Assembly: GCA_977030845.1 (NCBI GenBank)
Contig: OZ365111.1
Coordinates: forward strand, 13,516,001 to 13,580,000
Length of the DNA stretch: 64,000 nucleotides
Reading direction: 5' to 3'
Source: Fimbriosthenelais zetlandica
Lineage: Eukaryota
The notes under the pieces are model-generated. The model was not told the DNA's origin and made no database searches. It saw only the letters and a list, made by a program, of their open reading frames with translations. Positions 38,601 through 50,600 of this stretch are shown here, piece by piece. Position numbers and translations under genes: made by a program. The number at the start of each line of letters is the position of its first letter. Positions within the stretch are counted from its first letter, which is position 1.

Positions 38601-41600
38601 ACCAAGGCAAGATGGGAGCAGGGGTGGGTAAGAATATGTGAATTTCGAATTTAGAGAAAGATCAATAAGTGAATGAATGAATGAATGAATGAATGAATGA
38701 ATGAATGAATGAATGAACATTTGGTGATTTAACGCCATCAATAAGTGAAGATGCATTGAGAGATTGGAGAATAATTTAAGAGTCATGAGTGGATAAAAGA
38801 AGGTTGAGACTTAGAGTAAAATGAAAAGCCTAGAGTAAATTTTACTCTAAGGGAGCGGCATCAGGTAGGGTAGGGGTGGGGTAATGAGGGTCAGTGTTCA
38901 GGGTGGAGTCCATACCCAAACAACCCTCCTAAACCCAATGATGATATAGCCACATTCCTAGACAGAACATCAACTCAAATAGGGCGCGTGTCTGGAGTAA
39001 AATACCTCACATTGACACGGACTAACTGGCATATATGACATTTAAAAATGCCTTTTCAATTTATATTTATTAGACGTTTAACAGACAATTTTCATTTTCA
39101 GCCCCCCAAAAAAGCATCAGGGTGCAATGATCTTCCCTCAGAAACCCTGACTAAGTTACAGGTATTTTTCAGTAGCCTTATCTAATGCAATAACAGTAAA
39201 TCTCGTGGGCCGGGTACATGAAGGGTATAAAGGTGATGGGGTAACACAGGCCTAGCGTGCACCTGGCCGGGGGTTCCTGGACACATGTCAGTGTAGTGTT
39301 ACATGAGAGGTGAAAATGAGTGGGGGGAATGAGGGGGAGCGTGGGTGGTAGACACCCGGGTCAGGGTTACTTGTTATCATTTCGGCTTATCAATCAACAC
39401 AAACCCCAAACCCACCACATCCATGGGAGAGGAGGAGGAGGAGGCGGGTGGGAAGAGATGGCTTTCTTCTCAATCTGAGCCACTCCATTTTTGTGGGTTA
39501 GTTACAGTCTGAGCAGTTTGATGAGCAACTCATTTTGGATCCATCCTTTTAAAAATATGGCAAAAACCTGCATAAAAATATGATGGAGTATTGGGGTATT
39601 GGTTGCTATGGCTACAGTTCTGCTTCTACACTGTTAAAATTTTGGAATTGATAACAGTCTGACACTGTTCCTGCAGAGAAAGTGCCACTGTTCTTGCTTG
39701 CCACTGTAAATTGGCCTTCATAACAGTGGCGCACTGTTGGTGTCGACACCGCTCACTTGCCACTGTTCCTGCAAGCTTGAAACAATGGCAATCCCGCTGA
39801 AAACAGTGGGGCACTGTTCCTGTCATAGTCTTGCCACTGTTACTGCACCTATAGCCAAGTTTTGCTTTCATAACAGTGGCCCACTGTTCCTGTCATAGTC
39901 TTGCCACTGTTCCTGTCATAGTCTTGCCACTGTTCCTGCAGCTATAGCCAAGCCATTGTTGATGGTCACTATCACTAATCTCTTAATTAGCAGCCCCCAT
40001 ATACCAAGCCAGATAGTTTAGCATTAGACATTTTTGGGGATGGTTTGAATAGCAAGTAATATATTATTGTTAACATGTACATGTACATAATGTGCCATCA
40101 AGCATTAACACCTTTTTAAATTGACGAATTATTTGAGAAAATAGCTACAATACGTCTGGCTTGTACTGAACAAGTCAATATAATTATGCCCCACTTCCCT
40201 CCACGCCAAGCCTGACCATGGATGTGGCTTTATTATGGCAGGGGTGAAAGCTAATTACCCTGAAATATTTAATTTGGAATTTATCAGCTTTTTATTTATT
40301 TTGTGATTCTTAAATTCGCGTTTTGGCAAAGTTTTCGTATTCCAGTTGATTGAAAGACTTTAATCTCGCGTGTCTTAATGTCACAATATGTTTTTAGTGC
40401 GGAAATCACGAAATTAAAGGACACGCGAAATGTTAATATTTTACAGTACATGTACATGTGTACATGTATAATAAAGCTATAGAACAATGGACGGATTAGT
40501 GTAGGCTTTATGTAGGAATGATGGGCCGTGGGTCAGTTGTACTCTGACTATTGAAGAGACAAGAGGTCTGTGGTGGACAAACATGGACAATGAACATGTA
40601 CATGGTAAGCATACTACTTTAAATAGCATACATTTGATCTTCAATTTGCTCACATTTTGGGCTTTTATTGTAGCTATAATAGACTCTATGCGCATATCTT
40701 TTTTTCGTTTTCAGATTCAATGCCCATCCATATTAATGAAGAATTGGACAACCACCCTCACAATCGATACTGGAAGTTAGACATGGTTTGTATATCTAAT
40801 TGGGTAATACTTCCTAGTCCAAATAGCTGTAGCTTATACTAGCATGCCGTGAGTTTAGCTCACACATTAAGTTCACACTTCCGGATGTACATATGTATTT
40901 CTCTGAGTTCGTAAATCTGTTTTCTCATATTTCTGGCAGGAATATTAATGAAATTTGTTAGGTATCATTTGTCCTAGTCCAAATAGCTGTAGCTTATACT
41001 AGCATGCCGTGAGTTTAGCTCACACATTAAGTTCACACTTCCGGATGTACATATGTATTTCTCTGAGTTCGTAAATCTGTTTTCTCATATTTCTGGCAGG
41101 AATATTAATGAAATTTGTTAGGTATCATTTGTCCATTTTGAAGAGGTATCTCAATTTAGAATTAAATAATAGTGAATTTATAATTATAAAATGCATTGAC
41201 ACTGGGGCAAGTCGGTTACAGAGGTGGGATTATGGTAATCCCCCCACAAGACGGTTCCTTTGAAGATGCCGGCTTTACACCCGCCCCCGCCATGTCCCAC
41301 CTCTTCGGCGCCATATTTCCCTCCAATTCAATTGAATGTGATAGGCACAACAGACATTTGAATTCAGCTAGTATGGGGTATATTTTATAAAGTTATGAAC
41401 CGCCTCAATTAAAGAGTTATTTCACCTGGATTTAAAACAACGAATCTACAGGCGAAGGTCTCTATTATAATTAGTAATTAAGTGTACTTATTGGTATTTT
41501 TACAGGATGGAACTAAAGGAGAAAGGAAGAGAACTGCAAAGTTAAATGAACCCACAAGCCTAAACCCATTCCTTCAAACAGATACAGAGGTGAGAAAGCC

Positions 41601-44600
41601 TAGGTCATTATTCTATTTTAAATTCTGTCTGGAATACTTTTTTTAAAAAATCTAATGAAATTATCTGGCAATTCAGAAGGACAAAGATTACTAATCATAT
41701 TTAAGAAAAGAATTATTCGTACAAATCAGTTGTTTTTACATTTCGGTGATTGAAAGATTGAACTGTCATCCTTCTTTACCCACCCCCGTGTACCCACCCC
41801 TTCATCACCCGGGCCTACTGGTGAGAAAGCTTCGTCCCACGGGAGACTACATAAATGGAAACACAATAGGGCTGGCGAAATGGAGGTAATTATACATTAA
41901 TATTATTTTTTAACTTGTCTTGGTTAAACACATAATGCACACACCTTTCTAGGAATTATGATTTTTACTGCTGTATATCCATGTATATATAAGGAATTTG
42001 CAGATAGAATTGTAAAGTTTCCCACCATTATTCATATCTGGAAAATAACCCTACTAAGAAGACACATATTTTATCATGTACACTATATTATCTTGCAGGG
42101 AAAGAACCACTCTCCAATCTACTTCACAAGGAAAATGACTCATATTAAATTATGGGAAAATGATGAAATGATGAATTATGGTGAATGAAAATGATGTTCC
42201 CCAAAATAAAGATTAATCCCCTGGAATAGAACAGCGGGAGGGGAGGGAGGGGAGGGGAGGGAAGGGAAGGGGAGGGATAACTGGGGTGCAAGAACAGTGG
42301 CAATACTAGTCCCAGAACAGTGGCATATAGGCAACACTAACAATGGCAAATAGATGACACCAACAGTGGCAAGTCGGAGACGCCAACAGTGGAAAGTCGG
42401 AGACGCCAACAGTGGCAAGTCGGAGACGCCAACAGTGGCAAGTAGGAAGCACCAACAGTGGCAATTAGTAGACACCAACAGTGGCAATTAGTAGACACCA
42501 ACAGTGGCAAAGGTGGTTACACCAACAGTGGCAATTAGGAGACACCAACAGTGGCACCATAACAGTGGCACTTCCCTTGCAGGAACCATGGTAATTTCTA
42601 TCCCGATTTTGCCACTGTTGGTGCAGCTGCACCAACAGTGTCCCACTGTTAGGAATTGTAACAGTGTATACCTGTCTTGGGCAACTTAAAAAACACATAA
42701 AAAGAAAGAAAAATAAGAGGAAAAAACAGAGGGTTAACCAAGAAATATTATACCGGAGACACTCAGAGGAATAAACGTAAACACGGCATGTGTAGGTAAA
42801 CATGGAGGTGTCGAGTAGAGAGACAGAGGGACTTTAGGGTATGACCCATTTCTCTCTGTCCTTCCTCCCAGCCCTCTCATCAGTGCCATTCCTGGCGCTC
42901 CAACCCCCCAGTCTCCCGTATCATCATCCCCCCTCCCCCCTCAGCCTCCTCCAGGTATTTCCTCCAGGGTTTCCTTCGCCATGTTATCTCAGTGCCAAGC
43001 AAATGTCATATAACATGATACCTAGGCTACATTATGCTAAAAGGTGTGTTTCTACATGTAAGGATTGACCAATATGGATAGAACAATATTTTGCTCAATT
43101 TTACTCACATTTATTAGAATCATTATTTACTGAAATAAAGGATATATTTAGACCTTAACCTAACAAAAAGATAATAAATCCATGGTGTGTATATTTTAAC
43201 ATTCAATATCGTATCGGCAATGTTAGAGTGTCATATTTTGCCCTACCGGAAATTAAGTAATATCAATGTAAAGTATAATGGGACCTAGGCACATATATCC
43301 TTCAACCATTTTTCTTCCATGATTATGAATACTTTGCATAATATGCATGGAAATATAATCTGTTTGGCCTTACTCCCCCATCCGGCCCCCTTCATACTCG
43401 TCGTGGGGCTTCTAATTATGATGCCATTGCCATGCAGTGACCTCTGAAATAAGTATGTCTAAACCACAGCCCAGCTATGTCCCTCCTACATCTTCTAATA
43501 CCACTCAAAGGTTTCCGTCATTCATTCTACGCAGATCATACAGCGATACTTGGAGCCATGATAAATTCAGTCATTTCCATCCCAGAGCATTTTCCGCTCA
43601 GTGCCACACAAACTAGCAACTGATGGCAATATGAACTCATTTCCAGCCTGGCATATCACATGTTTTTCTTTTGACAATGGCAATATTTCCCGACACAATC
43701 CGGGATGGGAATGAGAAGTCATTTACTGCCAGGAAGCCAACTCATTTCAAGGCAGACAAATAGAATTGTATTATGTTTTAATGGCGACCATGCTCCTCTC
43801 TCGTCCCTGGTGGATCGTTTCTGTATGAACAAATAATTCCTTTTTGTTTAAAGGATTAAAACAGATACCATCAAAAGGTATCATTAGACTTCAGAATAGT
43901 CGACAGATTCAAGAGACCTCTACCTTTAACAAACAATCGTTTTTCATCTATTTTATTTTTTTTTCTCGTAAAAAAAAATAAATTAAAAGAAATTATACAT
44001 ATAATCTGATCCTATGGTTTCTCTTATACCCTAAGTTTATAATGACTTAAATATAGCTACTATATTTAAGATCTAGGTTGTATGCAGTGAGGTGTTGAAT
44101 GCAAACTCAAAGGTTTGTTGGAAGGATGGCGAGTGGGTTAGATAGTTAGGGTGATGAGATGTGATAGGTGGGGCATGTATGGGTTAAAAACCTCGGTATG
44201 TTTTCTATAATCACAGTAATTAGACCACCGCCAGCAGACATGGCCCTTTCTCCTGTGTCTCGCCTGGAGCACCTTTCTATAATAATAGCAACGAGTCTAT
44301 ACTAAAGACTTGCCCTGATAGAATACATCTGGATCAAAGAATATAAATGAAAACTCACTTAACACTGACCATCAGAGCCTGGGGAACATATTGTAAATCA
44401 TTAATTCTAAATGTCACAAGAGGGAGGGAAGACACATCATAGTGGAATGTAGCATTAGGAGGGCTCGCCATATAGGAGGCTTTTATCATGGTAATAATCC
44501 ACACTGCCATTTACCGCAGCCACACTCGCATCCCCTGGACGCTGTACCTGGACTGTTTTATACTCGTTATGAACTTAATCACAAGGTAATCAGATCAACT

Positions 44601-47600
44601 GCGGTTTTTTTATGCTGTACGGTAAGCTTTTAAAAATTCCACTGGGGCATCATTCGACTGCCATCTTCACATCGGGAAATGTCAATCGGATTTGTGAAGA
44701 AGAAAAACCTACCCACCAGACTTATCAAGCCGCTTATGCCATGTTCCATTTCCAGTTTACATCTCACTATAGACTTAAGCGCGTGATCCACTTTGGCGAA
44801 AATGGCCCGCCAATGTGCGCTAAGCCCCGCTAATGTGCGCTAACAAGGCCAAGGCCCGCCCGACCTCCCCCCGCCAATGTGGATCAGCTACCCCCGCCGA
44901 GCCCCAACGTTCGATTGTGCGCTAAGCCCCGCCAGCCCTTCGCGGGATTATCTAGCATGTTTGATATTTTCGCATTGGCGGGGTAAAAAAACAGTGCGCT
45001 AATGTGGATCAACCCAAGAGCGCTGTAGCGCTACCCTCGCCATAGATACAGAATCATTCTTTGCGGGACCACTTACTAAGATGCCCCGCTAATGTGAATC
45101 AGTCATTGGCGGGTCTTGGCAGACGTCGCAAGGACCGGCAACACCCGCCAGGAAAACTCCACTAACAAACCGCCAGGTTTTAGCGGGCTAAACCGCTAAA
45201 GTGGATCACGCGCTTTAGTGCCTTCATTGTGCCATCATTTTCTGTGTTAATTAATTGATATAAATTTGGAATCTTAAAAGCAGCAGTAACTGTGCCTTCC
45301 TCCATGCAACGAGAGTAAAATATGCTCCATGTTATTTCCCTATATACCTGTCTCTGTCTCTCTCTGTCTCTGCCTCCTTATCACACTCTCTTTCTCTCCG
45401 TTACTCTCTGTCCCTCTTCTCCGTCTGTTCTCGCCCTTACCCTCTCCCTCTCTGTCCCTCCTCTATCCTCCTTACTCTCCCTATCTTCTTCCTCCCTCTC
45501 ACTAAGACTCTGGCCCTCCATCTGTCCCTCTCCCCCTCTTTCCTCCTTACTCTCCCTATCTTCTCTCACTCAGACTCGCCCTCCCTGTCTGTCCCTCTCC
45601 CCCTCTGTCCTCCTTACTCTCCCTCTCTCTCACTCAGACTGACCCTGCCTCTCTGTCCCTGTCCCCCCTCTTTCCTCCTTACTCCCATCTTCTCTCCCTC
45701 TGTCTCTCATTCAGACTCTCGCCCTTCCTCTCTGTCGCTCTCTGCCCCTTCTGTCCCTATCCTCTGTCCATCTCTCACTCTCTACTGGACCTAGGAGTAA
45801 GACCAGTGATCATCTGTTGACGATCCATCAGTCAGTTAACCCAAACAGCCGACATCAGCACCAGACTAATGAATCACCCTCCCTCACCCCAGTAACTTAC
45901 CCCACTTCTTAAAGTGGTTAACAACCCACAATCTACCGGGTTAGTTTTAAAGTGAATATCTATCGACATACAGACTTCAATTTTGCGACCAAGTGACCAC
46001 TCGATCATTAGCTTCCTGGGGGAAAAAACTTTCAAATTCAGGGGGCGGTCCAGGAATATAATTATTTCAATCTTCTGACAAATGTATAGCCGGTATATTT
46101 AAAACTGTCTTAGGGCATGGACGATACTTTACAATGTCAGGTTATTTTGAAGCATGACCCTCTCAAATATTTTCTTTAAATTTTTGTCCACTATATGGTA
46201 AAACCAAAAGCACCGCTTTTTCCATTCTTCCCTGAGTCATGGCAACCACAGGAATTTGACTCCCTCGTCTGTCCCTTTGTATAATCATAGAGATTCTGAG
46301 CATTTCCAAAAAAGAAGAGTGGCTTTTCTCAGAAACAAAGATTCTATTCTGTTTTTAATTTCCACTGACATCTCTTCTTTCACTCTATTTTAGATACCCA
46401 TATATAGCTGAAGATATCAAGTATTTTATATCTACATCCCCATCTGAGAGGGGCAATATTACCATGGTCGCTGATCATATTTCCATATCTAATCAGGACC
46501 GCAATATATTATAAAGAATAAGGAAAATATTTTTATGTAATTGTGGATGTTACACAATCAGTAGACAGGCTAAACTACGATGATTACCTCTTGTTCGTCA
46601 AATGAGCTTATCACCAAAAAAGACCAACAGAAAAAATAGGCTGGCGACACAAACAAGCAATATGTTCAGCGAAAATAGAACCAACAAGAGCTGAAAGTTT
46701 CTTCCAAAGGAAAGCCCAAACTAAAATTACATTGAAAATGGAGATATTGAATTTATAAATTAAATTCGGCCCAAGGGTCATAGGTAACAATGTTTATATA
46801 GACAATGATATTAAATACCACCGCTAACACCTGATACTTAATTCACAGAAAGATAAGGGATTAGAGAGCAATCATGAGCTCCTTGTCTTATCTTCTCCAG
46901 CTGAATGATCTTATCAAATGTTATCTGAATTTCGGTCACCTATAAACAACTACAACACACTCTGTGGTAAAGGACTGGCCTCTCAAATCACAGGAAACTT
47001 CAGCACCCGGCACAACTGCACCCAAATCCTCCATAGACAGAAAGTACACATCCGAGCATTGATAGGTTATCGCCACTCGTGGATTAGGTAAAGGTGGTCC
47101 GATGTGCAGCCAAGAGAGGCGGTCTGGATGGAGATAAGACCCAGCATCCTCTGAGCTTTGGCACATTAATGGCATTCAGAAAATACCTTTGAATTCTCAC
47201 TAGTTGGGTATATTGGTAATTAGTAGGAAACATCTCAGCTTGAAAGATAGTCTGCTTTCTTCATATAGTTAAGATCCAATGTCAGAGATCCCAGATATAT
47301 CGCCATATTTTCCTGGTTGATGACTCGGTCAATCCCCAGAATATGGCAGCAGCTTCCAGATATAAAATCCCAATTCCCATTTCAGGTGAAAAGGAAATAA
47401 ATATTCTTATAAATAAGTTTGTTCCATTCATTAAAGTATCATGAAGGATGGACATTATTAACCTTTTGTAAAGTATTGAATACAGGCTTCAAATCCATAC
47501 CAATTCAAAGACTTTTGTATCTATAGCCTTAGGCCATTGCGAACACAATCCTTGCATCTTCTTTGTCTCTTCTCTTATAATAAAGAAGCTCTTTGCACTA

Positions 47601-50600
47601 AGCTCTAACACTCTGATCAAGGAAAAAAGAATCGCATGCCCCTCAGACCTTGGCCCGGCATTATATTATTGAAGTGTGGAAGGATTGATCAAGAAGCGTA
47701 TGATAGAGTCTGAGAAGTGTAGGGATATCCAAGCCTTTGGGAAGATGAGCATGAAGCAGAAAATAGTTTGTATAGCTGCTAAGACTGATTACAGCAGTTC
47801 TAAAGCATCAATAGAACACATCGCCCTTTGGGCAAAGAATGATACGAGAAAGAAGAAAAACTACGCGTAAGTGGAAGGTAGGGGGCGTGGAATGGACGAA
47901 AGGGATATAAAAATGTGTAAAAAGTTACACAAGTTGTCTAAAAGTGATAATGAAGTTTCCATGTAACAAAGCGGCTTAAAAACGAAACAATCGCCTGGGG
48001 GAAATCTCAGATAAAATGAGATGCTTTTTAAGAGCTAATGCAGAAACAACCCCGGGAGTGGTTCATCAAAATTTGATAGGATAAAACATGGGCAAGTAAT
48101 TATAAGTTACCACCTTTCTTATCTATGTAATTAAATGAACTGTGTATACCCACATTATCCAGCATTTCATAGGATTCTCCACATATATAACTTTAGACAG
48201 GCTTCCTTTTATAATATAATATAAAAAGCCCATGTAAATATCGTATTCAGTTATTTCACGCATAAATATTGCATCTGTGGTCATTTAAAAATTGGTTGGT
48301 CAGGTTTAAATTATCTAATCTATGTGATAATTATTTCGGACCTGTGCATTATTATTAATGAGGGGGAATCCCCTGAGTCACACAATCATGATAATATGTC
48401 CATCTCTCAGTTGTCTATCATCTAGACAGGCCATGTGAGAAAAGCTCGTTATCATTAGTTTTCTGACCCCGGGCTATATACCATGTATATACACCGACTC
48501 TTCATGATACAAAGAGACAGGCCTGAGGCTGTCATATATTGTTTATCAGCTGCCTCTGACTTCCCTACTCCTCCCACTGTCACACTCCTCAATGAGCATA
48601 GGCCGGGAGGAGGTTATCTGGTCTGAACATCACCCATAAAGCTAACTTATACACTGGTCAGTGCATTAGACTTGTCCTAATCCCAACCCATTTTTCCTTA
48701 ATTGCTCCCATTCGAGGCCTTAGACTTTCTCCAGTGTATCTTTCCTTCAGGACCAAGAAACCAAAATACATTCATTCAAGGTTTGGGACTCTATTTTTCA
48801 GTGGTCATTTACTCAGTTTTTCAAGACTCATGCAATTCTATATTGTGGTCAGTGTGGCAAAATAGTAATCCTAGCAGGTCAGGCCATGTTTTGGGTCAGT
48901 GCTTCATGTGGTCAGACCATGATGGTCACTTGTGTGGTCGGTCGCGAGCAAAAGACATTAAGACCCTTTCACAGCTATTTTGGTCTCAGGGCCCAATGCT
49001 CACTGCAGATCTATGGTACATGTATATAGGGGCACATACATGGGGGTGAGAGGAGAGATGGGGGAGGAGATGTAAATGATGAATCTCTACCTGGTCTCTA
49101 TTCATTCTCTCTACACGACCATTCACGGCTATCCTCATGTGGATCAGTGATATCCCCATCAGAGGATCAGCTTACTGGAGTCACACAGGGTCCTCCTACA
49201 TTCTCTACAGGCTCTCCCCGCACCAACCCTCCACATGATTCCCCACCCAACAACATACTGAGCCTGCCAGGAAATAAACCCATACCCAACATCTCTCACA
49301 TAGGTATACAGAGAAAAGGCAATAAAAAAGTGTTTATTTATTCTGAAAAGAAGGGAAAAAATAATGTTATTCTGTGCTGATTCGGCCAAGAAGCAAACCC
49401 ACGTGCCCAAGTTCTCACTTATCATTTATGCATACAAAGGTTAGTAAAGATATATTTTTGCTTATTTATTCTATGTGTAAAAAGAATTTTTTCGAAAAAA
49501 TATGCTGACTTTGCCATGAAACAAATACAACCCCAAATGCTATCTTATAAACAATCTTTTATCTTTTTGTGTCTTGAAACAAAAATATAAAAGTTACGCG
49601 TTGATTCCCCGACAGATATAAAAAACAAAAAATTACGCCATATCTTAAGATTATACCCTACACACAAAAAAGTATTATGCTTTTCTATATATATAAAATA
49701 TTTTTGATTTACTTGGCTATCAATGTAATATTAGAAGAGGATACTGATACGTCTCTACACCAAGTAGTGGACAAATAAAAATATAGTATTCAGTAAGTTA
49801 TTTATGCCGGGTTGTACACTAGGCTTGTGGAGATGGGAAGTGGATGCACTCTGGTTAGACTAGTAACTGTATACATGTATATCTCTGCTATAAATACAAT
49901 TCTTTACCGTCAGAGTGGATAGGTATACATATTAAATTATTCATGATTGTACATTAATGCCATGGAAACAGTTACATCAAGGAACATTCTATATCTGTAT
50001 TTAGCACTCCAAAATCATGACAGATTTATTTAATTTCAGTTTCTAAGATTCCTTAATTTAATTTTCTTATCTCATACTAACAGAAACCTCAATATCTGAT
50101 GTGATCGTAATGCATACAAATTCACAATTTTTTTTTTATAAACCTGATACTTTCACTTTGGTCAAACCAGTGCCAAGATTATCTTTCTTAAAAATCAGAT
50201 ACCAGAGTTTCGTACCAAACACACACCCCGTCATCGATTTCAATACCTCTGGATCATGAAACCATGCAGGCGAAATTGAGAGATCCACAGCCTGGAATTG
50301 GATTACAGGAAACATCGCATCTCATATCACAAATCCCAACTCCCGGTCACAGATACAAAGTGACAAGCCAAGACTAAATGACCATCATAAATACATCCCA
50401 GGGGACAAGCACGGCAAATATGAGTATGATTAATGGCACTTTAAACAATGCACTGATCCAGTCAAGGTGGCTGATCCGGCGAAAGCACTTGAGTTCATAT
50501 TTGTGTTCATTGGTTTTGATGACACGCTTGGGGGCCCGTATTAAGGGTTAATCACACATTGTGGGTTGGGTTTGGTAACCATGTACCACTCCCTCCCAGT

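Larger units (their letters stand above)
39629..42666. mobile_element. ~3.0-kb non-autonomous DNA transposon with CACTG termini (CMC/EnSpm-CACTA-like), TA on both flanks
   Basis: Left end TA|CACTGTTAAAATT and right end AATTGTAACAGTG|TA (13-bp TIR, 1 mismatch). Subterminal arrays with a shared CCACTGTT core and 23-bp period lie in opposite orientations at the two ends. No transposase ORF was recognised. Confidence 0.65.

Noticed and set aside
42361-42556. Regular 23-bp repeat array superficially like a CRISPR
   Set aside because: Eukaryotic context, no unique spacers and no cas genes; better explained as transposon subterminal repeats.
45322-45642. L/S/P-rich and E/R/G-rich ORFs, and similar ones at 62726-63027, 42176-42803 and 38568-38786
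   Set aside because: Translations of simple repeats and minisatellites, not genes.
46500-47870. Possible decayed retroelement or ORF remnant
   Set aside because: No recognisable RT, endonuclease or integrase motif in any frame I translated.
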